43,470 nucleotides of DNA from Candidatus Hydrogenedentota bacterium (lineage in GTDB: Bacteria > Hydrogenedentota > Hydrogenedentia > Hydrogenedentales > SLHB01), in contig JAWXCN010000267.1 of assembly GCA_034408725.1 (NCBI GenBank), positions 1-43,470 of the forward strand. Direction: 5' to 3'. The position numbers were made by a program, and so were the translations under genes. Below the pieces are notes generated by a model that saw only the letters and a list, made by a program, of their open reading frames with translations, searched no databases and was not told the origin of the DNA. Positions 18,245 through 26,218 of this stretch are shown in pieces (position 1 is the first letter of the stretch; every line of letters starts with the position of its first letter).

Positions 18245-18519
18245 TTCGTCGTCCCGTCAATATCCCACGTATCGACAATAGCCATGATGACCGCGTCACT
18301 GGGCCTGTCTCGCGTGGCCTCGGTCAAACGCGCGGAACTCCCCGACGCCACGAGAACAACTTCCCCTACGCCCGAACCAACCGCGTCGATGGCCACGACA
18401 TACGCCCCCGTTTCCTTCGCATCCAGATCGAGGATTTTCACCACCAGCAGTTTGCGCCCCTCAAGAGTAGGCTCCTTCGCGGTGGAAACAACTGTGCCTG
18501 CTACGCGACCGATTTGCAT
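18229..18519 (-). CDS. BMC vertex protein (BMC-P, EutN/CcmL family)
   Basis: MQIGRVAGTVVSTAK...LLVV...VAIDAVGSGVGEVVLVASGSSAR...DAVIMAIVD. Confidence 0.95.
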   Translation of the reverse strand: MQIGRVAGTVVSTAKEPTLEGRKLLVVKILDLDAKETGAYVVAIDAVGSGVGEVVLVASGSSARLTEATRDRPSDAVIMAIVDTWDIDGTTKWRKS

Positions 18520-18579
18520 GTTATTCCAAAAAAGTTACGCAACTCACCTGCAGAGAAGACCTCGCGCTCGGAAGGCCTT

Positions 18580-18885
18580 TTACTTCTTCATTTCCTTCGC
18601 AGCTTCATCTCGCCGGCCCAGCGGCAACACCACATCCACATTCGCATGCGGACGCGGAATGATATGCACGCTCACCACCTCGCCCACGCTCCGCGCCGCG
18701 CGTTCGCCGGCCTCGCATGCGGCTTTCACCGCGGCAACATCCCCGCGCACCACCGCGGTGACATATCCCCCGCCGATTTTTTCGTAGCCGACCAAATCCA
18801 CCTTGGCCGCCTTTACCATAGCGTCCGAAGCCTCGACCATCGCCGCAAACCCGCGCGTTTCCACCATCCCCAATGCATCAGCCAT
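18580..18885 (-). CDS. Major BMC hexamer shell protein (BMC-H, PduA/EutM/CcmK family)
   Basis: ALGMVETRG...DAMVKAA...[19 protein letters not shown]...[16 protein letters not shown]. Confidence 0.97.
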   Translation of the reverse strand: MADALGMVETRGFAAMVEASDAMVKAAKVDLVGYEKIGGGYVTAVVRGDVAAVKAACEAGERAARSVGEVVSVHIIPRPHANVDVVLPLGRRDEAAKEMKK

Positions 18886-18923
18886 TTCGCTGGTTCTCCT
18901 TTTTCCAATTCCCCCTGCCCCAC

Positions 18924-19066
18924 CTCATGCTCATGCTCATGCTCATGCTCATGCTCGTGCTCGGCTCGTGCTCGTGCTCGTGCTCGTACTCGTACTCGTG
19001 CTCGTAATCGTGCTCGTAATCCTAATCGTACTCGTACTGGTATTCGTAATCGTATTCGTAATCGTA
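18924..19066. repeat. Degenerate hexanucleotide tandem array (24 units)
   Basis: (CTCATG)5, CTCGTG, one 5-mer CTCGG, (CTCGTG)3, then CTCGTA/ATCGTA/TTCGTA variants. Intergenic between BMC-Tdp and BMC-H. Confidence 0.9.
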
Positions 19067-19097
19067 ATTGAACGTCGCCGCCGCCTCAACCCAAGTT

Positions 19098-19142
19098 GTG
19101 GCCGGTCTCCCGACCGCGCCACCGCCACGACCGAAGGTCTCC
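19098..19142. repeat. REP-like double hairpin
   Basis: GTGGC-CGGTC-TCCC-GACCG-C-GCCAC (19098-19122), then GACC-GAA-GGTC (19129-19139). Confidence 0.6.
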
Positions 19143-19179
19143 ATCCCAGTCCAGTCGCCTGCCACCCACCAACGGGAAT

Positions 19180-19806
19180 TCAGCCCAACACCTCCGCCCG
19201 CCCACTCAATCCTTCCAGCGCCTTCATCGCCGCCTCACTCCCCACCACAACGTCCGCCTCATCTCCACCAAGGTATAAACGTCCAAAATTACCAAAGGGC
19301 CGCAAATCCACCAACGTCACTTTGCTCGCCTTCTCCGCTTCATTCGCCGCGAGTATCGCGTACAACGCCGGCTGCGTCTCGACGATGAACAAGGTTTGCC
19401 CAGCCAGCAGCATCGAACCGTCGCGGCTTTTATTGATAAGACTCGCCTGATACGGATCGACTTTTCGGATCACCGTGCTCGACGCAATCCGCGGCTTGAT
19501 CCGGTCCGATTCCTTCGCGCCCAGCGCGTCCAACACGGCCTTACCCGCCTGCCGAACGTCCGCCTGCGATTCCGAATGCACTTCGAGCGTGCCGAAGCTG
19601 CGTTCCACCACCTGGATAGCGGGCTTCACGTCTGTCGCCTTCACCGCTATATCCAGCAGACGCACAATCTCCATTCCGGGTGAGACTTCGACAAATAGGT
19701 TCGCCATTCCCGCAACCGGCATATACCCCTGAACCGTCGACGCCATGAACGACGCCAACTGTTCCTGAAGACTGTCGAGAACGAAATAGCTACGGAGTTC
19801 CGCCAT
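19180..19806 (-). CDS. Circularly permuted, double-stacking tandem BMC shell protein (BMC-Tdp, CcmP/CsoS1D/HO BMC-T2-like)
   Basis: ELRSY..LDSLQ.QL, VEVSPG, VVERSFG.LE.H, LINKSR.G, ETQPA.YA.LAANEAEKA, FGNFGRLYLGG. Confidence 0.93.
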   Translation of the reverse strand: MAELRSYFVLDSLQEQLASFMASTVQGYMPVAGMANLFVEVSPGMEIVRLLDIAVKATDVKPAIQVVERSFGTLEVHSESQADVRQAGKAVLDALGAKESDRIKPRIASSTVIRKVDPYQASLINKSRDGSMLLAGQTLFIVETQPALYAILAANEAEKASKVTLVDLRPFGNFGRLYLGGDEADVVVGSEAAMKALEGLSGRAEVLG

Positions 19807-19809
19807 GGA

Positions 19810-20241
19810 TTAGACGTTATCGCCCATTAAATCGACTTCGCGCACGCGCTTCTCGTCACGCCGTTTTTCAACGTGGGTGCGCAAATGATCCTGAATGCCC
19901 GCGCCAAAGGGCATCGCCGGCAAAACGAAAATGGGGGTCGTATGGTCGGACGTGTTAAGCAGAATGTTGCAGCGCTTGAATATCCGCAGGAACAGGGGTT
20001 GATCAACGTGAATATCCTTCACACGATACAACTCGAGCGTATCCGTGTTGCGTGAGAACACGCCGGTCGAGTGCAGGATGCGTTCCGTCGTCATCTCGTA
20101 CACGTCGGACCGCGTCTTCAACCAGTACCAGAACGCGATGAAGATCGGAACGACGAGAAAAAAAGTCAGTCCGCAAACCACAAAAATGCCGAGGTTGACG
20201 ATTTGCGAAGGACTGCCCTTCCAGACGCTTTGTTCGGCCAT
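19810..20241 (-). CDS. Bacterial PH-domain (bPH_2/YdbS-like) membrane protein
   Basis: W.GSPS, N-terminal TM segment, Y.MTTERI...GVFSR..D.LELYRVKDI.V.Q...RIF..NI...TSD. Confidence 0.8.
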   Translation of the reverse strand: MAEQSVWKGSPSQIVNLGIFVVCGLTFFLVVPIFIAFWYWLKTRSDVYEMTTERILHSTGVFSRNTDTLELYRVKDIHVDQPLFLRIFKRCNILLNTSDHTTPIFVLPAMPFGAGIQDHLRTHVEKRRDEKRVREVDLMGDNV

Positions 20242-20250
20242 TGAATGCCC

Positions 20251-21186
20251 TCAATAAACCGTTGTGCACCAGTGTGCGTATTTTTCCACTTTGCCCAGCA
20301 CGACATCGAAATATAATTTTTGTAGCTGCTGCGTGATCGGCCCCGGCTTGCCGTCGCCAATATTCCGGCGGTCCACAGACCGGACGGGCGCGACCTGCGC
20401 CCCGGTACCGGTAAAGAACAATTCGTCGCACACATAAAGTTCCGTGCGCGCAATGTCCCGCTCGACGACATCGAGACCGAGCTCCGTGCGCGCCAATTCC
20501 ATCACCGTGTTCCGCGTGATGCCCACAAGGATGTCCGCTGTCGGCGGCGGCGTGATGAGCTTGCCATCCATGATCATGAACAAATTCATGGCGCTGCCTT
20601 CGGATACGCTGCCGTTTTCCCGCAGGAATATCGCCTCGTCAAATCCCGCCTGCTTTGCCTCGCTCGCGGCCAGCGAGGAGTTAATATAACTCCCGACACT
20701 CTTGGCGCGGCTGGGAATCGCGTTGTCGGACAAACGGCGCCACGATGACACAACGCAGTCAAGCCCCGCATCGATTTCGACGTAGTCGCCTAGCTTCATC
20801 AGCCAGCAGCAAAAACTGCTTTCCACGTCGTGCAGTTTCGGCCCAAGCGACCGCTCGCTCTTGTACGCAACGGGCCGGATATACACGCCTTCCTTGAACC
20901 CGCTGCGCTTGACCAACTCGACGCAGATGCGCGCGATGTCCTCCCGCGTCTCGGGAACGTTCATGCAAAGAATATTAAAATTCCGCACCAGCCGGTCCAC
21001 GTGTTCTTTCAAACGAAAAATCCGCACGTTATCATCGTCTTTACAATAGTAACCGCGAATCCCCTCGAACAACGCCGTGCCATAATTGAAAGAATGCGTC
21101 AGAATACTCACGTTCGCCTGCTCGACAGGCACGAACGCGCCTTCAAAATATGCGTACTTACCGGGATCGATTATGCGCTTCGCCAT
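20251..21186 (-). CDS. ilvE: Branched-chain amino acid aminotransferase (class IV PLP)
   Basis: YGTALFEGIRGY, FRLKEH, YIRP, PLP-lysine RAKSVGSY, EGSAMNLF, ILVGITR, FFTGTGAQV. Confidence 0.93.
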   Translation of the reverse strand: MAKRIIDPGKYAYFEGAFVPVEQANVSILTHSFNYGTALFEGIRGYYCKDDDNVRIFRLKEHVDRLVRNFNILCMNVPETREDIARICVELVKRSGFKEGVYIRPVAYKSERSLGPKLHDVESSFCCWLMKLGDYVEIDAGLDCVVSSWRRLSDNAIPSRAKSVGSYINSSLAASEAKQAGFDEAIFLRENGSVSEGSAMNLFMIMDGKLITPPPTADILVGITRNTVMELARTELGLDVVERDIARTELYVCDELFFTGTGAQVAPVRSVDRRNIGDGKPGPITQQLQKLYFDVVLGKVEKYAHWCTTVY

Positions 21187-21294
21187 GAAACTCCACTCCA
21201 TTGCCGGGGTATGCGCCGGCCCGCGATAGGTCTGCTAACTCATTCGCCACCATGCGCACACAACAGGCCCGCGCGGAAACACCTCAAACGGCAT

Positions 21295-21323
21295 ACTTTA
21301 GATAGCGGAGCACGCGCTGTCAA
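21295..21323 (-). promoter_or_regulatory. sigma70-type promoter for ilvE-BMC operon
   Basis: Minus strand reads TTGACA (21323-21318), exactly 17 nt, then TAAAGT (21300-21295). Confidence 0.7.
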
Positions 21324-21384
21324 TTTCCAGTGATTATCGAGGACCTGCTACGGCAAAATTGAAGTGCGTATTCGGGGGCGATAC

Positions 21385-22821
21385 TCAGGCCACGATATCG
21401 TGAACCACGTTTCCGAATACGTCAGTCAACCTGAAATCGCGGCCCGCATAGCGGTAGGTCAGCTCGGTGTGATCGAAACCGAGCAGGTGCAGCATGGTCG
21501 CGTGCAGGTCATGCACGTGGACGGGTTTTTCAATGGCCTTAAAGCCGAACTCGTCCGTCGCGCCGTGAATATGGCCACCTTTGACGCCGCCACCCGCCAT
21601 CCACGCGCTGAACCCGTAATGATTGTGATCGCGTCCCGCGGCCAGCACGCCCTGATTGACGCTCTGAATTTCCACAGTTGGCGTCCGCCCAAACTCCCCT
21701 ACGCATACCACCAGCGTATCGTCGAGCATACCGCGCTGTTTAAGATCGGTCAGCAAGGCGGCGATGCCCTGATCGCATTGCATGCACAGCCGCCGGTGTG
21801 CGGCGTCAATTTCGTCATGACTGTCCCATGGCCGGCCAGGCCCGTGCCAAAGCTGAATGAACCGCACGCCGCGCTCCAGCAGCCGCCGCGCGATCAAACA
21901 TTGCCGCGCTTGCACGGTCTCTCCGTACATAGTGCGGACGTAATCTGGTTCTTGCCCAATATCAAAAGCATCGGTCGCATCCAGTTGCATCCGGTAGGCC
22001 AACTCGAATGATTGGATGCGCGATTCGATCGCGTCGTCCGCCTGGCGTGTCGCCTGGTGCAAGGAGTTCAGTTCGCTCAATAGTTCAAGTTGACGGCGTT
22101 GTCCATGCGACGAGGTGTAATGGCTCTTGATGTTATCAATCAGTTTTTCGACGTCCGTGTGTTGGCTGTCGATGTAGTTGCCTTGATAGTTTCCCGGAAG
22201 GAACCCGGCCTGCCAATTCTTCGATTCTTCCTCGGGATACCCGCCCGGGCACATCGTGATGAACCCCGGAAGGTTCTCATTCTCCGTGCCGAGGCCATAC
22301 GTTACCCACGAACCAACGCTTGGCCGCGGCAATCGCGCATCGCCGCAGTTCATCAACAATAGCGAAGGCCCATGAACCGGGTTGTCCGTGTGCATCGATC
22401 GAATGACGCACATATCATCGACACACTGCGAGAGGTGAGGAAACAAGTCGCTCACCGGAATGCCGCTTTCACCGCACGGTTTGAAAGTAAATGGCGATGG
22501 CAACGCGCCGCCCGTGGGACGCTCGGTCAGAACGCCTTCGAGCGGCAACTTCTTGTCGGCAAATTTCACCAGCGACGGCTTGGGATCGAACGTATCGACA
22601 TGAGACATGCCGCCGTTCAGAAAAATATGGATAACGCGCTTTGCCTTCGGCGCAAAATGCGGCGTTCGCGCCAACGGCTGTGCGCCGAAAGCGGATTCAA
22701 CCCCGCCTAACGTCGCGAGACCCAGTGCGCCAAATCCCATGCCCGTCCGGCGCAGAAAATCGCGGCGGCCGAGAATAAAGTCGTTTGTTGTGTGTTCGTC
22801 GCGCAGCATGTCCTGCTCCAT
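21385..22821 (-). CDS. DUF1501 family (sulfatase-like) Tat-exported protein
   Basis: GRRDFLRR, AKRVIHIFLNGGMSHVDTFDPKP, ARRLLERGVRF, WDSH, GEFGRTP, GRDH. Confidence 0.93.
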   Translation of the reverse strand: MEQDMLRDEHTTNDFILGRRDFLRRTGMGFGALGLATLGGVESAFGAQPLARTPHFAPKAKRVIHIFLNGGMSHVDTFDPKPSLVKFADKKLPLEGVLTERPTGGALPSPFTFKPCGESGIPVSDLFPHLSQCVDDMCVIRSMHTDNPVHGPSLLLMNCGDARLPRPSVGSWVTYGLGTENENLPGFITMCPGGYPEEESKNWQAGFLPGNYQGNYIDSQHTDVEKLIDNIKSHYTSSHGQRRQLELLSELNSLHQATRQADDAIESRIQSFELAYRMQLDATDAFDIGQEPDYVRTMYGETVQARQCLIARRLLERGVRFIQLWHGPGRPWDSHDEIDAAHRRLCMQCDQGIAALLTDLKQRGMLDDTLVVCVGEFGRTPTVEIQSVNQGVLAAGRDHNHYGFSAWMAGGGVKGGHIHGATDEFGFKAIEKPVHVHDLHATMLHLLGFDHTELTYRYAGRDFRLTDVFGNVVHDIVA

Positions 22822-22850
22822 CTCCGTAACTTGGACGTCGGATACACATT

Positions 22851-22906
22851 TCTTAAGTCCCCCTTCGCTCTTAAGTCCCCCTTTGAAGGGGGATTCAGGG
22901 GGATGT
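22851..22906. repeat. REP-like palindromic repeat, copy 2, with partial tandem duplication
   Basis: 22873-22906 is the reverse complement of 795-828 with one mismatch. TCTTAAGTCCCCCTT is directly repeated at 22851 and 22869. Confidence 0.85.
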
Positions 22907-22917
22907 TCTTAACGTCA

Positions 22918-25900
22918 TCAATCCACAAACATAAACTCGTTGCTCATCAACAGCACCTGCGCATACTGTTCCCACGGCGTAAGCGGCACGGGCGTCTCAG
23001 GCGGCGGCCCGCGAAAATCAAATCGGCTCAACCAATCCTGCTTGAGGAGTTTTCCCGCATTCGGAGACTTGACGTATAAGCGAGGGTGCCAACGGAACTG
23101 GTCACCCCGATCGTCTGCCTTGCATCCGATGATAAGGTCAATGGTATCGCCCGGCTCTATTTTCGCGCCGTCGAACACTGTGATGATCATGCGATCCTGG
23201 ATTTCGCCCTTCCACAAGATCCCCTCGCGGCTGGACACAACATACCCTGCCACCCCATCTCCGTCCGGCGAATAATGGTGCAACTCGCCGACGCAGGACA
23301 ACGTCGCGCTTGCAGGTGAAACCCAACGGCGAATGACGACAACATCCGGTCCGCCGGGATGGCCACCCAGCCGGTCCAATCGCGCAGAACCGGATTCCGG
23401 CGTAGGTAACTTGTCCGCGCCCTGATACGTCTCATTTACCCAATGAGAGAATTCGGTGAACGAGGTCACCTTTCCCGTTGCCGTATCCAAGGCGCCGTAC
23501 CCATATTTCCATTCCGATGGCTCGTAATAAGGCGTCGAAGGCGCCGCCGTATCCTGTCCGTCGACAAAATCATTTGCCAACGCAAGTTCGATCGGCAAAG
23601 GATCACGCGTCAACACGGCGCGGTACATGTCCGCAATGCGCCCATCAGGTTCCTTCCCGGACGCATCAACATTCGACGCAATCAGCCGGGCCTGTTCCGC
23701 CACGAATGCACTGTTCATCATGAACAAGCCTTGTTGCGGAACTGTCGTCTGAAAACGATTTGGACTATGCGAACTCGGCGGCGCGAAATCAAAAATACGA
23801 TACATCGCCGGTAAATTCTCGCGGTCCACCTCGCCGTAAACCGTGCGCAGGTTCGCAAATGGCATCCTGGTGATGTCCGGCGGAGGGCCACCGCCCGCGA
23901 GATCGAGATTCCTCGCGGACTTCAGGATTGTGTCCCGCATCGCCTCAAAATCCAGCCGGCGCCGGTTCTGCCGCCAAATCAACGAATTCGCGGGATCGGC
24001 GGCCATTCCATCGTGGACCTCGTCACTTCGCTGCTGATACGCGCTCGACAGAACAATCCGCCGAATCAGCCGCTTCACCGACCAGCCATCTTCCATGAAT
24101 GTCCATGCCAAATGGTCCAGCAATTCCGGGTGCGCCGGTTTTTCCCCCTGAATGCCAAAATCGCTGGGCGTCGCTGCCAGCGGATTCCCGAACAGGTGCA
24201 TCCACACGCGGTTGACCAGCACCCGTGCCGTGAGCGGGTTATCACGGCTGGCAATGGCACGCGCCAGCTCCAGCCTTCCGTGGCCGCTGTAGGGCGTTTG
24301 TCCATCGGTCGAGAGCACCGCCAGAAACTGGCGGGGAACATTCGCGCCCTTGTTTTCAGGATCACCCCGGACGAATACAAACGGGTCGAATGCCACCGGT
24401 GTGTTCTCGACCGCCATCGCGTGATCCGGACGCCCCGGGTGCGTCGACTTGTGATTCTCGATCGCAAGGCCACGTTGTCTCAATTGAACCCGGGTCTCGC
24501 GCTCAAGCAGACTTTCCAATTCGGAAGGCAGAATCCTGGCCGGCGAGTTCTCCGCATCGAGCGCGCGTTGGACCAGCGCTTCGCCGCCATCCGACAGCGC
24601 ATCAAGCTGCACCGGCGGACCCTCTTCAAACGCCTTCGCGGCATAGTCCCGCCACCGTATCAATACCGCTGTTCTAAGCGATTTGGCTTTCGCGTCGACG
24701 GCGATCTGCGTGTCGTCTTTATCAAGCGCGTCTATCGCGGCCTGAAGATACGCCGTGGCGTGCTCTCGATTGTGCCGCGACAATTCTTCACGCTGTTCAT
24801 CCAAAAATTTGTCCCGTTCCGACTCGAGCCTCGCCAACTCCTGCGCATACTCCTGGTATTCAATCGATCCGGTATTCGGCTGCTCGATTATCGGTAAGTC
24901 GTCTGGCGCTTGCGTGCTCCGGAATATTCCGTAGAGCGAATAGTAGTCCGCGGTGGGAATCGGGTCGAACTTGTGATCGTGACAGCGCGCGCAATTCACC
25001 GTCAATGCCATCAAACCGCGCGATACAACATCAATTTGATCATCAATCACATCGTGATTTTTTCCCGGCCTTCCCAACGACAGAAAACCGAGCGCCGCCA
25101 GTGGCCGCTTGTCTTCGCCGAGGTCAAGCTGGTCCGCCGCCAACTGGTGGAGAAGGAACTCGTTGTAGGGCAAATCTTCATTGAATGCGCGAATTACATA
25201 ATCGCGATAGGTGTATGAAAAAGGAAAGTATCGCGAATCTTCAAAGCCGGATGCGCGCGTGTCGCTGTAACGCGCAATGTCCAGCCAATGACGTCCCCAC
25301 CGTTCGCCATACTGCGGTGACGCGAGCAATTTATCGACCACCTTCTCATAGGCATCGGGCGAAGCATCGCCCTCGAATCGAACGGCCTCGTCGTAGGAAG
25401 GCGGCAACCCCGTAAGGTCGTAATGCACGCGGCGAAGCAAGGTCCGTTTGGCGGCTGTCGGCGAAGGCGTCAGCCCCGCCTCCCGCATCGCCCCAAACAG
25501 AAAAGCGTCAATCGGCGATTGCCCCCAGCCGTCATCGGTTACTTCAGGCGCAACTGGATTCGCAACGGGCTTGAACGCCCAATGCGTTTCTCGCGAAGTT
25601 TCAATCAGCCGTGCCATCGAAGGACGAACCAGGTTCTGCGGAACATCCTTCGGCCACGGCGCGCCCTCCGCAATCCAATTCAGAACACGGTCCAAATCCT
25701 CTGGCGACACCTCCACGTGCGGATGCTGCATCTCAGGTTTGTTCAGAAAAACCCCTGCAACCGTTTCGCGCGACATGTCGGCCGGCCGCTGGTCCAGCCG
25801 CAAATCGCCATCCTGTTTGTCCGCCCCATGGCAGGCATAACAAGATTTCGACAACAACGGCCGGATATGTTGTTCAAACGCCGTAATCTCGGCGGCGGAC

Positions 25901-26004
25901 AGCACAGGCTCCGCGGGTCCCTCGGCGAACGCGGAAAATGCCGCACAGACTACCGCCGCAACCTGCAAAGCGCATGTGTGAATGGATTTGCCCGGCCCGT
26001 TCAC
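22918..26004 (-). CDS. Planctomycete-type cytochrome c / DUF1549 / DUF1553 (PSCyt-PSD1) protein
   Basis: CYACH and CARCHDHKFDP heme motifs, HWAF, YGERWGRHWLDIARY, NPLTARVLVNRVW, LLMSNEFMFVD. GTG start at 26004 after GAAGGA. Confidence 0.92.
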   Translation of the reverse strand: MNGPGKSIHTCALQVAAVVCAAFSAFAEGPAEPVLSAAEITAFEQHIRPLLSKSCYACHGADKQDGDLRLDQRPADMSRETVAGVFLNKPEMQHPHVEVSPEDLDRVLNWIAEGAPWPKDVPQNLVRPSMARLIETSRETHWAFKPVANPVAPEVTDDGWGQSPIDAFLFGAMREAGLTPSPTAAKRTLLRRVHYDLTGLPPSYDEAVRFEGDASPDAYEKVVDKLLASPQYGERWGRHWLDIARYSDTRASGFEDSRYFPFSYTYRDYVIRAFNEDLPYNEFLLHQLAADQLDLGEDKRPLAALGFLSLGRPGKNHDVIDDQIDVVSRGLMALTVNCARCHDHKFDPIPTADYYSLYGIFRSTQAPDDLPIIEQPNTGSIEYQEYAQELARLESERDKFLDEQREELSRHNREHATAYLQAAIDALDKDDTQIAVDAKAKSLRTAVLIRWRDYAAKAFEEGPPVQLDALSDGGEALVQRALDAENSPARILPSELESLLERETRVQLRQRGLAIENHKSTHPGRPDHAMAVENTPVAFDPFVFVRGDPENKGANVPRQFLAVLSTDGQTPYSGHGRLELARAIASRDNPLTARVLVNRVWMHLFGNPLAATPSDFGIQGEKPAHPELLDHLAWTFMEDGWSVKRLIRRIVLSSAYQQRSDEVHDGMAADPANSLIWRQNRRRLDFEAMRDTILKSARNLDLAGGGPPPDITRMPFANLRTVYGEVDRENLPAMYRIFDFAPPSSHSPNRFQTTVPQQGLFMMNSAFVAEQARLIASNVDASGKEPDGRIADMYRAVLTRDPLPIELALANDFVDGQDTAAPSTPYYEPSEWKYGYGALDTATGKVTSFTEFSHWVNETYQGADKLPTPESGSARLDRLGGHPGGPDVVVIRRWVSPASATLSCVGELHHYSPDGDGVAGYVVSSREGILWKGEIQDRMIITVFDGAKIEPGDTIDLIIGCKADDRGDQFRWHPRLYVKSPNAGKLLKQDWLSRFDFRGPPPETPVPLTPWEQYAQVLLMSNEFMFVD

Positions 26005-26173
26005 TTCTATCCTTCCTTCAAATCGTCCAGACAACTGGCGGCTCCCCATGCCAACGCACATTGAGTCGATTCGCTAATTACCACACTGCACCGCCGCCAA
26101 ATCGTTGTCAAGTTCATCCCGAATCCATCCGTCGCTGTCCCTGCTCGTCGTCCGTCGGTGTAGGTCCGTGTCA

Positions 26174-26218
26174 GTCCATCTCGTCCACCATGTCCACTCC
26201 GTCCACGTCGTCCACCTT
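26174..26218. repeat. 9-bp-period tandem repeat GTCCA(C/T)NNN x5
   Basis: GTCCATCTC GTCCACCAT GTCCACTCC GTCCACGTC GTCCACCTT, abutting the stop codon of the R-M gene. Confidence 0.75.

Noticed and set aside
18924-19066. Hexamer array as a CRISPR array or as a coding low-complexity peptide (ORFs 18181..19071, 18803..19450)
   Set aside because: There are no unique spacers or cas genes. The plus-strand ORFs are antisense to clear BMC genes, and the minus-strand (D/E)(Y/H) frame has a TAG and a 5-nt unit that shifts the frame.
11535-19806. Canonical PVM, PDU, EUT or carboxysome locus
   Set aside because: PduL, acetate kinase, dehydrogenase, DeoR regulator, diol dehydratase, ethanolamine ammonia-lyase and RuBisCO are all absent. 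A single BMC-H with both Ts and Tdp fits the HO type better.
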